From assembly GCA_964016885.1 (NCBI GenBank), contig OZ024742.1, forward strand, positions 81,096,001 to 81,160,000: a stretch of 64,000 nucleotides of DNA. The letters are read 5' to 3'. Origin of the DNA: Eledone cirrhosa (lineage: Eukaryota). The translations under genes and the position numbers were made by a program. The notes under the pieces are model-generated. The model worked only from the letters and a program-made list of their open reading frames with translations. It did no database searches and was not told where the DNA came from. Of the stretch, positions 59,765 to 64,000 are shown one piece after another. The stretch's first letter is position 1. Each line of letters starts with the position of its first letter.

Positions 59765-60243
59765 GAGCTCAGCTTTATAATATTAGAGAGTGAAGAGCGA
59801 CCGAGAGAGTAAAACAGTTAAATTATAGAGAGGGGGATAATCTATCATAGAGAGAGGGAAGAGTGACGGGGAGAGTAAAGCTAAGAAACTATAGGGAGGT
59901 GTGTAGGATCCATACGTGTTAACCGAATTTACATACGACGCTCATCTCTACGGAAAGTAAAAGAGTGTTGTATTATACAGAGTGAAGTGAGACAGAGAGT
60001 AAAGCAGTCAAATTATAGAGAGGGTGAAAGAGGGAGAGAGAAAGAGAGACGACGCTCAGCTTTATAATATTTGAGGGTGAAGAGCGAGTGAGAGAGTAAA
60101 GCAGTTAAATTATAGAGTGGGAGAATGACCTAATATAGAGAGAAGGAAGAGTGACAGAGAGAGTAAAGCTAAGAAACTATAGGGAGGTGTGTAGGATACA
60201 TACATAATACATACACACAACACTCAGCTTTATAATATTATAG
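58730..60243. repeat. (GA)-rich, internally repetitive Helitron-like sequence
   Basis: Repeated ATAGAGAGTGAAGAG.GACAGAGAGAGTAAAGCAGTTAAATTATAG and CTCAGCTTTATAATATT units; reverse copies at ~61460-61920. Confidence 0.6.
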
Positions 60244-61259
60244 ACTAGCAGCAGTACCCAGCGTTGCCTGGGTAGCTAAAATAATATCTGCTTTGATGAA
60301 AAGGTGTTGATCTTAGCGACTACTTCTCGATGACTCATCGATGGCCAAACACAGGTCTTGCGGGGAAGGGTGGTAATGACCTATATCACCGAGAAACGCG
60401 GGTTACTGACGAAGGGGCATGCTGGGGGAGGGAGGTAATGACCTCTAACACTAAGCCAAATTTCCTCACGCTACTTGATTGGAAACCGATGAATTCTCAA
60501 ATACACAAATAAAAGATCAGACGACGTCAGTGGCCATCGTTTTGCCTTTGACCATCTATAAGATGTGCAATGATAGGTTCTATCCTAGTATAAAAGTTGA
60601 ACCAAATGAATGTATTTATGTGTGAGGTGGAGCCGAAGTTTCGAATTTGAACGAAATCGGTTGAAAAGTGTGGGAGCTAGAGCCGAAAAGGCGGAAATTT
60701 GACCGAAAGGTGGAATTTTCGAATATTTAAGGGGCTGGCACGCCGTTCCTGAACAAAATATCCAAAGTGTAACGCCAAACGTGAACTAATCAGATCTATC
60801 GTAGTGTAAAATTTTAACAAAGTAGGTTGATTAATGTGGGAGCCAGAGCCGAAAAAGTGGAAATTTGAGTCTAAAAGTGGTATTTTTGAATATTTAAGCA
60901 GCTGCCACGTTGTCCCTGAACAACAAAGCAAAATATAAAGCCATTACAGGATGTGCGATGATAAATTCTATTCTGCTCTCAAATTTGAACGATATCGGTG
61001 GCATAATCTGGGAGCTAATAGCCAAAAATCTTATTTTTCGATACCTGAAAAAAGAAGACCCTCCTATCGATTTTTATCTGCAGAACAACGCCGGAATAAA
61101 AGAACGATACGCTGATATATATATATAAAACACTCCTCGATGACTAATCTATGAGCCTGTAAAGTTTCATAAAAATTGGTCGTAAGATGTAGGCCCCTAT
61201 AGGTAATACACAGACACACAACACACACACACATATTTAATTTTATATATATACAGATT
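60244..61259 (+). mobile_element. Non-autonomous Helitron/Helentron-like element
   Basis: 5' ACTAGCAGCAGTACCCAGCGTTGCCTGGGTA hairpin; three ~170-bp internal repeats (60640-61040); 3' AAAGTTTCATAAAAATTGG..(CA)n..TTTATATATATACAGAT. Confidence 0.7.
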
Positions 61260-61639
61260 ACATAAATATGAAATGGGCGAAAATTGTCTGAGTCGTGTCT
61301 GGATACAGGCAAATGGGTAGTACCAATGCTCTGATTATCCTAAAAGTTTACACATTAATGTAGAAGGTTTCGAGGAAGCGACCGCTCTACGTGGGCTTCT
61401 CTAAATTGAGGAATGTCGTCTCTAGGGCCAAATAACGGTATTTTTCAATCGATTCTACCTCCCTATAGTTTCTTATCTTTAATAGAACAATTCCCCCTCA
61501 CTATAATTTAACGGATTTACTCTCTATGTCGCTCTTCACTCCCTATATGACAACACTGCAGAGAGAGATAGGCCGTTAGAAAAGCAGAGAGAGGTAGACC
61601 GTTATACAGAGAGAGAGACAAGTAAAGTGTTAGATATTC

Positions 61640-61734
<95 letters not shown>

Positions 61735-62119
61735 ACAGAGTGATAGAGAGGGACCAGCAAACTTCAGTTCACGTTTAGTCACGTGTTATATATCTTTGAT
61801 CTGTCGTCGCTCACATAGCACACACACACACATACACACGATACTTATACAAAGCTGAGCGTCGTGTCTACGTATGTATCTCTCTATGTATCCTACACAC
61901 CTCCCTATACTATTTAACCTAAAATAATTTTATATCCATCTCTTAGTGAAGCATTTCCAATTCCTTATACGTAAACAATGACATTAATCTTTCGCTTTTA
62001 GCTTAGCATTTTACATTCAATGCCTCCCCTTTTAAAATGCAACGTTTTATTGAAACGACTACGTGCTCTCAGTGGATCAGTATGTAACCTAAAATACTTC
62101 TATAGTATCATTATACGAT

Positions 62120-64000
62120 ATGCCTAACCGAAAACGACCAGTATTTTCTTCTAAACGAAATAAAACCCTTAAATTGCGAAGAATGGAGGCGCATGCAGTG
62201 GTAGGTTTTTTATCGATATCCTTTGCTATTTTGCTTCTTTTACCTCCATAAAAATATTATTTCTGTTTTGAGAAGTTGTAAAATAGTAGTGGCCGAGTTA
62301 AAGCATTCAGTTTTTTTTAACACCATGAGACATCGGATGCAAGGGAGGCCCGTCTTACTGCCCAGCGCACTCGCGACAAACGCTCACGTCTCGAGGAGAC
62401 TCCGGAGGCAAGGGAAGCCCGTCTTGCTACCGACCGCAATCAGCGCCAACTCTCATTCCTCGGGCAGATTCCGGAAGCAAGCGAGGCCAGTCTTTCTGCC
62501 CAGCGACATCAGCGCCAACGCTCGCGTCTCGACGAGACTCCGGAGGCAAGGGAGGACGGTCTTTCTGACCAGCGCACTCGACGTCAACGCTCACGTCTCA
62601 ACGAGACTCCGGAGGCAAGGGAAGAAAGGCTGGCAGGTAGACGGCGTAAACGTCATGAAAATGCTGCTATTACAAGAGACACTGTTTGCTTAAAAGCCGG
62701 CTTTAACTACAATCCTTCTGATGATTACAACAATCACCCGGATTTGGCTCTTGGAAAAATGGATGAGGTATGTCAGTCCTGTGGGGTTAAGAAGTGGGTC
62801 AGTGAGGCTCCAGGTCATTGCTGTTCCGGGGGCAATGTTCAACTTCAGGCGCTGGCTGATCCTCCTGATTTGCTGCAACATCTCATTGGTAACTCTGACC
62901 ACGGAGTGAAGTTTCGCAAAAGCATTTGGAGATACAATTCATGCTTCGTTATGACATAATTTGGTGTAAGTGATGGCAGAAAAAAAACAAAAAGAACAAC
63001 AGCAACAAGACTGGTGTCGCCAGCAATTGTGACAACAACGCAAAAAGAAAGAAAGAAAAACTTTACACCTACAAACTTCAAGGTCAGTGTTACAACCTAA
63101 TGGGAAGCCTTCTCTCACAGCTAGGCGAGGAGCCTAAATTCATGCAAGTATTCTTCATGGGCGGGAATGATGAGGGAGTTTCCCAAAGATGTAAGATCAA
63201 TTCATCTGTTGACGGAATCATTGTTGCGGAACTTGAAACTATGCTCCATGCAACCCGTCCATACGTCCGTGACTTGAAGAGTGCTTTGGAGCTTTTGGAC
63301 TCTAGGCATGAGATGAAATTGGTCATCAGAGCTGACAGACTCCTTGCGGGTGGGCATCCTCGATGTGTCAACGCTCCAACTACAAACGAGGTAGCAGCAA
63401 TCATGGTTGACGAAAATCATGGTGCACGTGACATCATCATTCAGCATCGCAATAACACACTGACGTTAGTTGCAGAAACCCATCGGTCGTACGATTGCTT
63501 GCAGTACCCTCTTCTTTTTCCCTACGGCGAGGACGGCTACAACTTCGAGATTCCCACAATTGATCCGAAAAGTCTTGCTGCTTTACCAAAGAAAGTTTTC
63601 AGCATGGATTTTTAGGCATACCGACTCATGATGAGAGACGGTCAATTCAACCAACTACTTAGGTTCAAAGAGCTGACAAACCAGTTCTTGGTTGATATGT
63701 ACGCAAATATTGAAGCGGAACGTCTTCTGTACATACGTACCCATCAAAAAGAACTAAGAGGGGTTCAGTACGCTCATCTTAAGGATGCTTTGCAGCGTGA
63801 CGGTGACGGAACCAATGTTGAGCATCAGGTGATCCTTCCTTCAAGCTTTATTGGCTCACCCCGGTATATACACGGGATGCCATGGCGTATGACCGTATGT
63901 TTCGGCGGCCGGATCTTTTTATTACCTTCACATGTAATCCTAATTGGGTGGAGATTAAGGAGAATTTATTCGCGGGCCAGGTGACGAGTGACAGGAATGA
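62120..64000 (+). pseudogene. Helitron RepHel N-terminal half, disrupted; runs off the window end
   Basis: C..C..KKW..E..HCCSGG, YNSCFVMT, GSLL..PKFMQ, HRSYDCLQYPLLFPYGEDG, QFLVDMYA.IE.ERL.YIR, VILPSSFIGSPRY, FGRPDLFITFTCNPNW. Confidence 0.95.
62327..62660 (+). repeat. 69-bp tandem repeat encoding 23-aa STPR-like units
   Basis: Unit starts at 62327, 62396, 62465, 62534, 62603; ETPEAREARL..QR..R..SRL; same frame as the Cys-rich ORF at 62744. Confidence 0.9.

Noticed and set aside
59080-61040. CRISPR-like regularly spaced repeats
   Set aside because: Degenerate units, no unique spacers, no cas genes, eukaryotic context.
62223-62693. 156-aa RLRRQG repeat ORF
   Set aside because: Alternative frame of the 69-bp repeat; the ETPEAR frame is the one continuous with RepHel.

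Overview
AT-rich, microsatellite-saturated animal DNA; the repeat repertoire resembles an octopus/cephalopod genome (inference, not proven). No intact host gene is evident. Main contents: a near-intact RTE LINE (0.3-4.4 kb); several Penelope-like element (PLE) relics; three decayed Tx1/L1-like LINEs with both ends in (ATT)n tracts (38.9-57.1 kb); R4/Dong and mariner relics; tRNA-derived SINEs; and Helitron sequences at the right end. The least expected structure is a swarm of short fold-back inserts in (TA)n tracts. They carry hammerhead-ribozyme (HHR) motifs, some canonical and some with U3-A8 or GCAA core variants, and match PLE 3' ends. A ~20-kb version of the same architecture (38.0-58.3 kb) has a Tx1 LINE in each inverted arm. 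Coordinates were read by eye and may be off by a few bases; family names come from motif recognition, not database searches.
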